This document shows positions 9,513-18,855 of a stretch of 64,000 nucleotides of DNA, piece by piece. The stretch comes from Candidatus Obscuribacteraceae bacterium (lineage in GTDB: Bacteria; Cyanobacteriota; Vampirovibrionia; Obscuribacterales; Obscuribacteraceae). The notes beneath the pieces were generated by a model. The model was not told where the DNA came from, did no database searches, and saw only the letters and a list, made by a program, of their open reading frames with translations. Within the stretch, counting starts at the first letter, position 1. The number at the start of each line of letters is the position of its first letter. The position numbers and the translations under genes were made by a program. The stretch is taken from the NCBI GenBank assembly GCA_044229845.1, contig JBGASG010000002.1:224001-288000 (forward strand), in the 5' to 3' direction.

Positions 9513-11284
9513 CAGCCGGCACCTCCGCCGCCACCGCTGCCGCTTTCGGCAATGGCGGCAATGAACGCTTCCTCCAGGCTGCACAATTCGATGTCGGTAT
9601 GTTCGACAACGATTTGCGACGATTGCAGTATCTGCTGCACCCGAGTCAGATCAGCGCGCGGGTCGTCCGAAAGGATGCGCACCACGTCGGGGTGCAGCCC
9701 GAGGCGCCAGGAAGGATAGTGCTGCGTCAGGATTTGACTGGCCTCTTGCGGCGAGGGCGTATCAATTCGCACAGCACGCTGAATGCAACTTTCCCTCACT
9801 TCAGCCGGGGGACCCTGGCGGACAAATTTACCCGCCACCATCAACGCCAGACGATCGCAAAACTCCGCCTCGTCCAAATAATGTGTGGTCACAAGCACCG
9901 CGGTGCCTCTGGCGGCGGCACCATTGATCAACGACCACAAAAGGTGGCGTGTGTGCGAATCGGTGCCGGCAGTCGGCTCATCGAGAAACAATATGTCCGG
10001 CTCATGCAAGGTGGCGGCGGCGAAGGCAACACGTTGTTTCCAGCCACGCGGCAGATTGCCCACCATCTCACGGCGAATCTCGCCCAGATCAAGGCGATCT
10101 ATTCCATCGTTTACTCTGGTCTTGCGCTCAGAAGCCGGAATTCCATAACTGCATGCGTAGAAATCGATGTTTTCTTCAACGGTCAATCCGTCATACAGCG
10201 AAAAGCGCTGGTTCATGTAGCCCATTCGTCCATGCACCAACTTCGCCGATGCTCCGCGCGGGTCTTTTCCCAGCAGCCGCACCGACCCTTCCGTAGGTCG
10301 CTGCAACCCGCACAACATCTGGATTGCGGTGCTCTTGCCGGCGCCATTGGCTCCCAGAAGTCCGAATATTTCACCGCGCGCCACGGCGAAGGAGATGCCA
10401 TTAACAGCCGTGAACGCACCAAAGCGTTTCAACACATCCTTCGCCTCGATACTGATCTGCGGCTGTTGCAGATCAGGCAGAGCAAAACTGCCTGTCTTCT
10501 TAGTCGACAGGTCCAGTTTCTTCACCGTAGTTGAGATCTTTGTGCGCGCGTCTTTTTTATGCAGCAGCTCTTGCTCGCGGTCATGCCACGCTTCCAGCGA
10601 AGCACTCGAATCAAGCTTGCCGTGCTCCATATGGACGATGCGATCGCTGATTTCGACTTCTTCCAGGTCTGATGTAGCCAGCAACACCGACGTGCCTTGC
10701 CGCGACAATGCCACCAACATGTGTTGAATTTCGCGTCGCCCCAGCGGATCGACGCCGGTGGTCGGTTCATCCAGAATCAGGACCGCCGGATTCGAGATCA
10801 GCGCACAGGCAATCGCCAGTTTCTCCTTCATGCCGCCGGACAATTTGCCGGCCAGCCGGTTAGGAAACTTTTCGAGTCCGACCATGCGCAACAGTCGTTC
10901 CATTTCGTACGGAAACCGATCTCGCGGCACTGAATGCAGGTCGGCGGCATACTGCATATTCTCCCGCACGCTCAGGTCTTGCGAGAAGGTAAAGTGCTGC
11001 GCAACATAGCCACAGCGCCGGCGACCAGTGTGAATGCTCTCACCATATATGGTGACAGCGCCGGATGTCGGCTTGATCAGTCCAGAGAGCATTTGCAGGA
11101 GCGAAGTTTTGCCCGCACCATCCGGTCCGAAAAGCGCCAGTATCTCTCCTTGCTTGATCGATAGATCGACGTTGTCGACGGCTAATACTGAACCATACCG
11201 TTTACTGACTCCGCGGGCGTTCAGGGAAACGCCGCCGCCGGATGGTGGAGGAACATCAGCGCGTGGCGAGACTTGTTGTTGCAT
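9512..11284 (-). CDS. ABC transporter ATP-binding protein with two NBDs (YbhF-like)
   Basis: Two Walker A motifs (GPDGAGKT, GANGAGKS), LSGG signature and two LDEPT Walker B motifs. Confidence 0.93.
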   Translation of the reverse strand: MQQQVSPRADVPPPSGGGVSLNARGVSKRYGSVLAVDNVDLSIKQGEILALFGPDGAGKTSLLQMLSGLIKPTSGAVTIYGESIHTGRRRCGYVAQHFTFSQDLSVRENMQYAADLHSVPRDRFPYEMERLLRMVGLEKFPNRLAGKLSGGMKEKLAIACALISNPAVLILDEPTTGVDPLGRREIQHMLVALSRQGTSVLLATSDLEEVEISDRIVHMEHGKLDSSASLEAWHDREQELLHKKDARTKISTTVKKLDLSTKKTGSFALPDLQQPQISIEAKDVLKRFGAFTAVNGISFAVARGEIFGLLGANGAGKSTAIQMLCGLQRPTEGSVRLLGKDPRGASAKLVHGRMGYMNQRFSLYDGLTVEENIDFYACSYGIPASERKTRVNDGIDRLDLGEIRREMVGNLPRGWKQRVAFAAATLHEPDILFLDEPTAGTDSHTRHLLWSLINGAAARGTAVLVTTHYLDEAEFCDRLALMVAGKFVRQGPPAEVRESCIQRAVRIDTPSPQEASQILTQHYPSWRLGLHPDVVRILSDDPRADLTRVQQILQSSQIVVEHTDIELCSLEEAFIAAIAESGSGGGGGAG

Positions 11285-11301
11285 GCGCCGTCTCGCTGTG
11301 G

Positions 11302-12864
11302 TTAGTTAACTTCGAGATAGGCGTCGGCAGGCATGCCCGGTTTTGCATAATCACCGGCGTTGCTCTTCAGCAAAAGACGTACGCCAAATACCTGGCGCAC
11401 GCGATCTTCCGGCAAAGAAACGTTTTCCGGCGTGAACTGCGCTTGCTGATCTATCGAAGTCACAGTCGCGTCGAATGTCGGGGCTTGTTTGTAATCTATT
11501 TTCACCCAGGCTTTCTGTCCGACTTTGACACCGCCTAACATGTTTTCCGGAACGTACGCCCGCAGATACACTTTATTGGGATTCAGGATCGTGATCAGCG
11601 TTTGCCCTGGAATCGGCATTTCGCCGACTTGAATACTTCTGGTGGCACAGATGCCTGAGATCGGACTGACGACTTTGAGACTCTTAGCCTTGGCTTGAAT
11701 TTCCAGCTGTGCACCGCGCGCGGTAGCAATCGATGACTCCACCGCCAGCAAGCGAGTGCGCGCTGATTCCAATTGCAGTTCGAGCACGCCCGATTGCGAG
11801 GCAGCCAACGCCGAAGCAATGCCGCCGCCGGACTGCGCGGCGCCAGCCATACTGCTGGACATACCGGCCATGCTGGATTGAAACGACGATAGTTGCGCCT
11901 GAATCTGTTTCTGCTGATCGGATGCGGCCTGTTGCATGGCGTTCATAGATGCCGCCACTTGTTCGACCGCCGACTTGCGAGCTTTGTAAACCAGCTCAAG
12001 CGCCTGCCGCTTGGCGGCAAATGATTCCTGCATGGCTTGCTGCTGGCTGGCAAGCACCCGTTTCATGCCCTCTTGCTGCTGCGCGTAACCCTGGTCGAGC
12101 GCATCTTCTTTGGCTTTCACGACTTCTTTAATGGCTTGCGCTTTGGCATTCTTCAATTTAGCCGGCACCAGAAAACTGAACAGCCCGTGTTTGTTGGCGG
12201 CTTCCAGCTTTGCTTGTTCCACTTCTTGCAATGCCGTTTTCTGAGCTCCATACGCTTTTGCCGCCGCGTCACTGGTCGCTTTTGCCGACGCAGCCAGCAT
12301 CTGCTGTTGTTCCGCTGCCGCTTTGTTGAGCTCGTTCGTTTGTTCTTGCAACTCCATATCGAGAGCCTGCGTTTGCGAACCGAATAAAGTGGCGCTCAGC
12401 AGAGACGAAGTTGTCGGTTTGCCGGCGGCGGCAGCGTTGCCGGCCTCGGGCACCACCTTTGGTGATCGCGTTTTGGCGGCACCTTTATGCAATTGACCGG
12501 ACACCTGCAATTGATTGCTGTTCGCTCCCCCACCCGGAGACACCTTGCTTTGCAGCAGGGCGATTGACTTACGCAGACGGTCTCGCTCGGTAGTCAGCGC
12601 AGAGAGCGCCATTTGCGCCGCCTGGGATTTGGCTTTGAATTCGCTGTCATCCAGCGTCAGCAAAACTTGCCCCGCGCTGACATGGTCACCTTCGGCAACG
12701 TTGACGGACGTGACGCGCAACGGAAAAGGTACGCCGATACGCACTTGCTCGGCTTCGATTTGGCCGCTGATCGTAATCTTGCCTTCCGCCGAAATGGGCA
12801 CGCCAATAGACAGCCAAACTGCCGCGAACGCGCACATCAAATCTCGGTGCCGGATTTTCGCCAT
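11302..12864 (-). CDS. HlyD-family membrane fusion protein (YbhG-like) with long coiled-coil insert
   Basis: ISGQIEA, V.EGD.V..GQVL..LD, SPISG, AQFTPENV and KPGMPADA motifs. Confidence 0.88.
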   Translation of the reverse strand: MAKIRHRDLMCAFAAVWLSIGVPISAEGKITISGQIEAEQVRIGVPFPLRVTSVNVAEGDHVSAGQVLLTLDDSEFKAKSQAAQMALSALTTERDRLRKSIALLQSKVSPGGGANSNQLQVSGQLHKGAAKTRSPKVVPEAGNAAAAGKPTTSSLLSATLFGSQTQALDMELQEQTNELNKAAAEQQQMLAASAKATSDAAAKAYGAQKTALQEVEQAKLEAANKHGLFSFLVPAKLKNAKAQAIKEVVKAKEDALDQGYAQQQEGMKRVLASQQQAMQESFAAKRQALELVYKARKSAVEQVAASMNAMQQAASDQQKQIQAQLSSFQSSMAGMSSSMAGAAQSGGGIASALAASQSGVLELQLESARTRLLAVESSIATARGAQLEIQAKAKSLKVVSPISGICATRSIQVGEMPIPGQTLITILNPNKVYLRAYVPENMLGGVKVGQKAWVKIDYKQAPTFDATVTSIDQQAQFTPENVSLPEDRVRQVFGVRLLLKSNAGDYAKPGMPADAYLEVN

Positions 12865-12913
12865 AGAACAGTACAGTCTACACCGCTTGGCTTCCCCGAT
12901 CGGCAGACGTCAA

Positions 12914-13756
12914 TCAGGCGGGCTGCAACTGTTGCGTTATGGCGTCGAGAACTTCAGCCTCGTTCTGGATGTGAGGCGCGTGACCGCAGTGGGGGATGAC
13001 GAGCAACCGGGCGTGCGGAATTTTCGCGGCCAGTAAACGCATGTCTTGAATCGCAATCAGCCGGTCTTCGTCACCGGCGATTACCGTCACCGGCATCGTG
13101 AGCGCTGACAATAAAGGCGCGCCGTCAAACTGGCGAAAAGCCACGTCGTGCCCAGACAACGTGGTGGCGCCGATCAAGAAGTTCTTCGACTGTTGATATA
13201 TGCCGCGAATGGTTTCCATCACTGACGGCATCACATCCTCGGGAAACATCAATTGAAACGTCGACAGATACATCTCCCAGAGAGTTGCCCCCGGCGGATT
13301 CACCAGTGTCTCCCGCACCTCGGGAGCAGGGCGGGTCCGGTCCTTGCCACCAGCTGTGGTGGAAAGCAGCACCAGCGATTGTATCTGAGCAGCATGATCG
13401 TGGGCATATTGCATGGCGATGCACCCACCCATGCTGTACCCGAGCAGGTGGAAGTGCTGCCACTGCAGATGGTCGGTGATCTCGGCAATGCTCTGCGCCA
13501 TCGCTGAAATGCTGTAGTCGTTAGGTGTCGCCAGAGCGGCGGTCAGTCCCGTGCCGACATTGTCGTAACTGAGAACCACAAACGATTGCGCCAGCTGCTC
13601 GATAAATATAATCGGCCAGGTGCGCAAGCTGCCGGCATATCCCATCACCATAAGCAGGCGCGGCGCGTCACCATCCGTCTGGCTGATGCGATAAAACACG
13701 CCGCCTGGAGTCGCGGCCTCAGTGTGAACTACAGGTTTGAGCAGGTTGCCGCCCAT
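12914..13756 (-). CDS. Alpha/beta fold hydrolase
   Basis: GYSMGG nucleophile elbow, GDEDRL and CGHAP motifs. Confidence 0.9.
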   Translation of the reverse strand: MGGNLLKPVVHTEAATPGGVFYRISQTDGDAPRLLMVMGYAGSLRTWPIIFIEQLAQSFVVLSYDNVGTGLTAALATPNDYSISAMAQSIAEITDHLQWQHFHLLGYSMGGCIAMQYAHDHAAQIQSLVLLSTTAGGKDRTRPAPEVRETLVNPPGATLWEMYLSTFQLMFPEDVMPSVMETIRGIYQQSKNFLIGATTLSGHDVAFRQFDGAPLLSALTMPVTVIAGDEDRLIAIQDMRLLAAKIPHARLLVIPHCGHAPHIQNEAEVLDAITQQLQPA

Positions 13757-13896
13757 GTCGGTTTCTCTTAACTGCGCGGCTCAGTATAAACTGCACCACC
13801 CCGACAAATTAATCAGCACGACAGAGATAGTTGGACCTGGGCTTGTAAGTTGGCTACAATAGGCGAAGTTACTCCGATTGGCGGGAGTTAGCAACG

Positions 13897-15462
13897 ATGT
13901 CCGAAAGCGACTTTGAGAGCCACTTCGACCGTGGCTGCAACGCATATATCACCTATAGATACGAACTGGCTGCCACCGAGTTCGGAAAGTGCGTCGAACT
14001 CAATCCGGATGACCCGCAAGCTCGGTTCAGACTGGCGCTGTCCCTGACCCGATTTAATCAATTGGGTCCGGCGTGGCAGCATTTTCAGGCTTCGCTGCCA
14101 CGCATCGTCCTGGAAGCCCTTCCCGACAAAGCCAAGCAGCAACTATTCGGACTGAAAGTAATCAGCGAGCTTTGCAAATCAGCCGAACAGGCCGGTGTGC
14201 CGGCCGACGACATCACCTACTGCCGGGGACTGGTGCACCTTGCCAACCACATTGCCATTCCCTTTGACAAAGACGAGTCGGCGCGGGCAATGACCGAATT
14301 GCTCAAGTTGCAGAGCAGCCCTAAGGCGTTTTTATTTCGCGGTCTGGCGATGGCAGCCAACAACGACGTTATCAATGCTATCGATCAGTTCAGCAAGGCT
14401 ATCGAATTAGATCCCAATTTCGGACTGGCTTATCAACATCGCGCCATTCATCAAGCTGCCGCCAAACATCACCGCGAAGCGATTGAAGATGCCACGAAAG
14501 CGATGCAACTGGGATTCGGCACCGAAGCCCTGACACTGCTGCGAGTCGAACAATACCTGACCATCGGCAAATTCGATGAGTGCGTCGCTGATGCCACCAT
14601 GGCAATCCCCTCACTCAAAGACCGGCGGCGCGCTTACTTCATTCGCGGCGCAGCTCATTTCCATCTGGAGAAACTGGACGAAGCAGCCGCCGACTTCAAT
14701 GAAGCGATCAAACTGACGACATCGGACCGTTCCGGCACCACCAGTGCCGACACCATCTGGGCACGCAGTGAAGCGGTCAGTACATTCGAAACGAGATTGG
14801 CAAACGAACCGAGCGATCATCAGGCGCTGTGCAATCGCGGCATGGCCTATTACTTCAAGGGCTGCCCCGGACGCGTGGAAGAAGATTGGAACAAGGCAGA
14901 GCGCGACCTTTCCGCAGCGATCAATCTGGACCCGACAAACCCTCGTTATTACTTGAGTCGCGCCATTTTGAAATCACTCTTCAAGCATGCGGAATCGCGT
15001 GAAGATTGCAACAAGGCGATCGGATTGCAGCCCGACCTGGTGGAAGCATATCTCGTTCGCGCCAATCTATCAGGCGATGCCGAACTAAAGAAAGAGGAAT
15101 TCGCTGAGGCGCTGATGGTGGCACCGAACAACAGCGACCTCTTGCGCGCTCACAGCTTTTATCATTCGACAAGAGGCACCGCGCAATCCAAGCTGGAAGC
15201 CGTGGACATGCAAATCACTCGCTCCGAAGTCGCCGTACCGGTGCACCTCTGGAATGAGCGCGGTCAACTCAAGCTCAAAGCTAACGATGCCATCGGCGCC
15301 ATGGAAGACTTCGTGCGCGCATTGAAGATCAATCCGGAACTCGCCGATGCTCTGCGCGGACGCAGACAAGCCTACTTGATGCAAGGCGATTGGGATACAG
15401 CCAAGCTGGACGAAGCAGAACTGGTCAGACTGGACGCACCGCTGGCGACATCGTCGCTTTAG
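13897..15462 (+). CDS. Tetratricopeptide repeat protein
   Basis: Many TPR signatures (AIELDPNFGLAYQHRA, AINLDPTNPRYYLSRA). Confidence 0.88.
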   Translation: MSESDFESHFDRGCNAYITYRYELAATEFGKCVELNPDDPQARFRLALSLTRFNQLGPAWQHFQASLPRIVLEALPDKAKQQLFGLKVISELCKSAEQAGVPADDITYCRGLVHLANHIAIPFDKDESARAMTELLKLQSSPKAFLFRGLAMAANNDVINAIDQFSKAIELDPNFGLAYQHRAIHQAAAKHHREAIEDATKAMQLGFGTEALTLLRVEQYLTIGKFDECVADATMAIPSLKDRRRAYFIRGAAHFHLEKLDEAAADFNEAIKLTTSDRSGTTSADTIWARSEAVSTFETRLANEPSDHQALCNRGMAYYFKGCPGRVEEDWNKAERDLSAAINLDPTNPRYYLSRAILKSLFKHAESREDCNKAIGLQPDLVEAYLVRANLSGDAELKKEEFAEALMVAPNNSDLLRAHSFYHSTRGTAQSKLEAVDMQITRSEVAVPVHLWNERGQLKLKANDAIGAMEDFVRALKINPELADALRGRRQAYLMQGDWDTAKLDEAELVRLDAPLATSSL

Positions 15463-15464
15463 AT

Positions 15465-17237
15465 TTAGACATTGTCGTCCAACCAGGATAAAGGCTTGCG
15501 ATCCAACGGCGGTGAGCCGCCCGTGGCCTTAGGCGGAGTCGGATTGCGAGAGCTCTCTCTTCTCACATCGAGGTGATTCAAGATCGCACCTTCAATATAG
15601 GAGTGCGCCTGGCAAATCTCTCGCATCTCAGCGCGATTGAGAATGTCCTTGACCCAAATCTCGTGCAACACCGGCACGGCAACCGGAAAGTAATTGGCTC
15701 CGAAGGAAACTTGCGGCTCGGGGAGTTGCCCCCGATAATATGCGAATTGCGCTTTCCATGAGTCATTGATGTGCTGGTTGATAATTCTAGGTTGCGTCGC
15801 CCACGAAAAAGTCACGCCATGACGGCGCCATCCCAGAAACACCCAGACTTTCGTCAAGCCGGTCCTGATGTCTCTGTAGACAGGCAGCATCATGATAGCG
15901 TTCTGCGACAGATCGGTATCAGTGGTCATGTTGCGAGCAAATTCGACGAACTGCTGCACGCACGTTTGCTCGTTCAAATTATGATCGTCGAAGCGAGGCA
16001 AGTCGAGATCCTCACATGCAACAAGATATGCCCCGAAGAAGATCTGTTCGATCTGCGAAAGCTCTGCCAGCAGCGGCATCTGCTTGGCACCGCCGGCGGT
16101 GAGTCGATAAGCGTCCTTAAGCCCGCCTTCGCCAAAAAGATCCAAGAGAACGGACCTGATGAAGAGATAAGACTCCGCGCGCCGCAAGTACATACTCGGG
16201 AGCGGCTCGACCCTCAGTTGCGGCTTGATGTAGATTGATATCGGGAAGGGAGCGCACCCATAGGCTCCGGGAGGAAACTGCTTCGCGTGCGTCTCACGGG
16301 TCAGAGCATTGAACGCCTTGAAAATCTCTACGGCGAATTTGCGATAGCCGTCGGAGGTCTTGACCATCTTCCACTCCGGACAACGCTCAGGCACCAGAAG
16401 CGGTTCCAGAGCGTACTGGCAATACTCGTACCAACCAGAATTGGCTTGCGGTCTCAGGTCGATCTTCCGCGCCTTGATAGCAGCGATGAAGTCATCCATA
16501 AGGCTGAAGCCCGGACGACCTAGATCGCTCTTGTCCAATAAGTCATCTTCTTTGCTCCCCGATGCCGGGAAAAAAGATTCCGGCATCGAGGGATCATAAT
16601 GCTTCGAGTGCAGCAGTCGCTCGGCAAGACTTTGTCCGCTCAGACGATTCGTCATTTTGGACATCAGCTGCAGATACTGATAGTACGCGGACTGCAGTGC
16701 GCTGTGCGAACCAATCGCTGTCACCAGCGCATCGGCATCAGCTCTCTCCAACTGCCGCTGCAAGAAACGATCCTGCGTGAAAATCGCCTGCAAACTTTCC
16801 GACCATGTGTAGAACGAAATTGGCTTAGCCAGCGGAGACGACGCGAATTGCTCGGCCGCGTGTCTTGCATCTTCGCTGAGCGTGGCGGCATCCAGCCAAC
16901 GCCCCAGCGCGCCCGCCGCTCCAATTACGTCACAAGCACCGGACGGACCACCGCGCAGCACTTGCAGCAATTGCCCGAGCAACTTCACCTTGCCAGTGAA
17001 CTTGCCTGCACCATTCTGCGCCAGAAGCTCGACCGCGGCATACAATCCGTCATCGAACTGTTTTGCCTTCATGCCCAGCACGGACATCGGCACGACTGCG
17101 GCGCCGTGGAGTACGCTGCTCAAATTGTGCTGCAGCGGGCCGCCGACGATCTCCTCACTGCTACCGAGAGCAAAATTTTGGCCCGTCGTATCAATGACAA
17201 AGCGATGCCCGCCTTCCACTAGGACTTCTTTTTGCAT
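15465..17237 (-). CDS. Hypothetical protein, possibly a distant DUF3160 relative
   Basis: Long ORF; segments GWYEYCQYALEPLL, ALTRETHAKQ and RVEPLPSMY recall DUF3160-type motifs. Confidence 0.6.
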   Translation of the reverse strand: MQKEVLVEGGHRFVIDTTGQNFALGSSEEIVGGPLQHNLSSVLHGAAVVPMSVLGMKAKQFDDGLYAAVELLAQNGAGKFTGKVKLLGQLLQVLRGGPSGACDVIGAAGALGRWLDAATLSEDARHAAEQFASSPLAKPISFYTWSESLQAIFTQDRFLQRQLERADADALVTAIGSHSALQSAYYQYLQLMSKMTNRLSGQSLAERLLHSKHYDPSMPESFFPASGSKEDDLLDKSDLGRPGFSLMDDFIAAIKARKIDLRPQANSGWYEYCQYALEPLLVPERCPEWKMVKTSDGYRKFAVEIFKAFNALTRETHAKQFPPGAYGCAPFPISIYIKPQLRVEPLPSMYLRRAESYLFIRSVLLDLFGEGGLKDAYRLTAGGAKQMPLLAELSQIEQIFFGAYLVACEDLDLPRFDDHNLNEQTCVQQFVEFARNMTTDTDLSQNAIMMLPVYRDIRTGLTKVWVFLGWRRHGVTFSWATQPRIINQHINDSWKAQFAYYRGQLPEPQVSFGANYFPVAVPVLHEIWVKDILNRAEMREICQAHSYIEGAILNHLDVRRESSRNPTPPKATGGSPPLDRKPLSWLDDNV

Positions 17238-17425
17238 AATCCCACCAACCTGGTTTGTGCCGAGCCTACTGCGGTGACTTCTAGACAAGTCATTCCCGCG
17301 GGCCCGTGAAACTATATATAAGTAGATGGGAACGAAGAGACGTGAGCCGAGCTTTTGCCGAGATACCAATGCGGTGCTGGGGTCGCAGCACCTAACGCCA
17401 TTAACCAGGTTAATACGCCGGACTT

Positions 17426-18040
17426 TTAGTTGTCAACGGGCGGCGTTACAATGAACTCGATGTCGGTGTATGTACCGGGTTGTTGAGGTTCAGGCTCGTA
17501 ATGTGCTCGATCGTCATCCTGGCTTTCCCTGAACTTCTCGCTGTCGAACGGTTTGTATTTGACTTCGATAGCCACGACGCGATCTGTGTTTGAGGCAAAA
17601 ACATAACTCACTTCCAGAGGATCGAAGTTGTATCGATCCTCCCACGTTTCGTTGTGATAGCACTGAGGACAGTGCATTCTCGGGCTGTCGGACGAGTGCT
17701 CCGGCGACAATCCCAACTTAGAAGCAACATTGCTTCGACTGTCGGAAGGCAGAATTCCGTTGGGCAGCGGATGCGCAAACGGAGAGAGTCCCTGCTCGTC
17801 TTCCTCCGTCCATTTCGGGTCAACATGAATCTCAAGACCAGTCAGCCAATCATGAAGCTTGTCATAGCGAAACCTCACACCAAGCCGCCTGAAAAGAAGA
17901 ACATGACTGTTCCGCGACGATTCTCGATATTCGATGTCGTTGAACATTTGCTGAGTCAGCAATTCCTGAAAGGATGGGTCTGATTGCGACCGACCGACCA
18001 TCGCGATCAGTTGCTCGGCTAGATTGTTTTCTGCATTCAT
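17426..18040 (-). CDS. Hypothetical protein (immunity-protein-like alpha/beta pattern)
   Basis: ORF with LPNGI..SDSRSNVASKLG...WEDRY pattern; divergent from the DUF1643 gene. Confidence 0.6.
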   Translation of the reverse strand: MNAENNLAEQLIAMVGRSQSDPSFQELLTQQMFNDIEYRESSRNSHVLLFRRLGVRFRYDKLHDWLTGLEIHVDPKWTEEDEQGLSPFAHPLPNGILPSDSRSNVASKLGLSPEHSSDSPRMHCPQCYHNETWEDRYNFDPLEVSYVFASNTDRVVAIEVKYKPFDSEKFRESQDDDRAHYEPEPQQPGTYTDIEFIVTPPVDN

Positions 18041-18093
18041 AATTCGCGAAGCGCTGAGCGCCTTTGCCACTCTCTCAGTATATTATCTTAGGC

Positions 18094-18576
18094 ATGAAGA
18101 GCGGCGCCACATTCGATAGAAGTCAGAAGTATCGCTACCTCCTTTGGAGGGAGTGGGACCGCGCTAAGCCGTCGTGCGTTTTCATCATGCTCAATCCCAG
18201 CACCGCCGATGCCACCAAAAACGATCCGACAATTCGGCGCGCAATGTCGTTCGCGGAGCAGTTCGGATTCGGGCGCTTCGAAGCAGTCAATCTCTTCGCG
18301 TATCGAGCAACGGACAGCAGTACTCTGGCGCGTGTGCGCAACCCGGTCGGGCGGGACAACGACAGTTTCATTCTTGAAAGCATCGATCGGTGCGACGAGT
18401 GTTTTGTCGCATGGGGAAATCATGGAGCACTGCGCGAACGCAGCCGGATGGTGTTGAATCTGATTCCGGCGACCACGACTTTGAAGTGCCTGGGCGTCAA
18501 CAAGTCGGGCGAACCGAAGCACCCGCTCTACTTGCCAACTGAAACTCAGATTCTCAAATTCACCCGCATCTCCTGA
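18094..18576 (+). CDS. DUF1643 domain-containing protein
   Basis: YRYLLWREW, FIMLNPSTADA..NDPTIRR, NLFAYRAT, AWGNHG and PKHPLY motifs. Confidence 0.9.
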   Translation: MKSGATFDRSQKYRYLLWREWDRAKPSCVFIMLNPSTADATKNDPTIRRAMSFAEQFGFGRFEAVNLFAYRATDSSTLARVRNPVGRDNDSFILESIDRCDECFVAWGNHGALRERSRMVLNLIPATTTLKCLGVNKSGEPKHPLYLPTETQILKFTRIS

Positions 18577-18747
18577 AAACCGAAGCGATATCGTTTGAGG
18601 TTGCCGCTCCGAGCTGAAGTGATATCACTTCAGTTTCGGCAAACTGCGGCCCATGGATTGGGCGTTTCGGGGAAATGCTCAAGCGATATCGCTTGAGGTT
18701 TGAGGCAAACACAGTAGACAAGGTTCCTTTTACCCGGATAAAAAGAT
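18577..18747. repeat. Dispersed ~170-bp palindromic element, copy A
   Basis: Colinear with 54197-54369. Palindromes have GATATC cores at 18587, 18621 and 18685, plus TTTTACCCGGATAAAA at about 18728. Confidence 0.9.
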
Positions 18748-18855
18748 AGCCGCCGAGCAATTGCTCCGATCATCTTTGCAAGCTTCACGAATCAAGGAAT
18801 AGACACCCTATATACTGTCGGGGTTTTCGAAAACTCTGCCTCCGAGGTATAGGTC

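Noticed and set aside
9512..11284. Degenerate H-loop (ATS) in NBD1 and signature (LPRGW) in NBD2
   Set aside because: Such asymmetry is common in YbhF-like tandem ATPases.
18560..18760. Similar small minus-strand ORFs (66 aa here, 76 aa at 54179-54409) over the repeated element
   Set aside because: The similarity follows from the DNA repeat. Many differences are non-synonymous, starts and stops differ, and partial copies lack the ORF.
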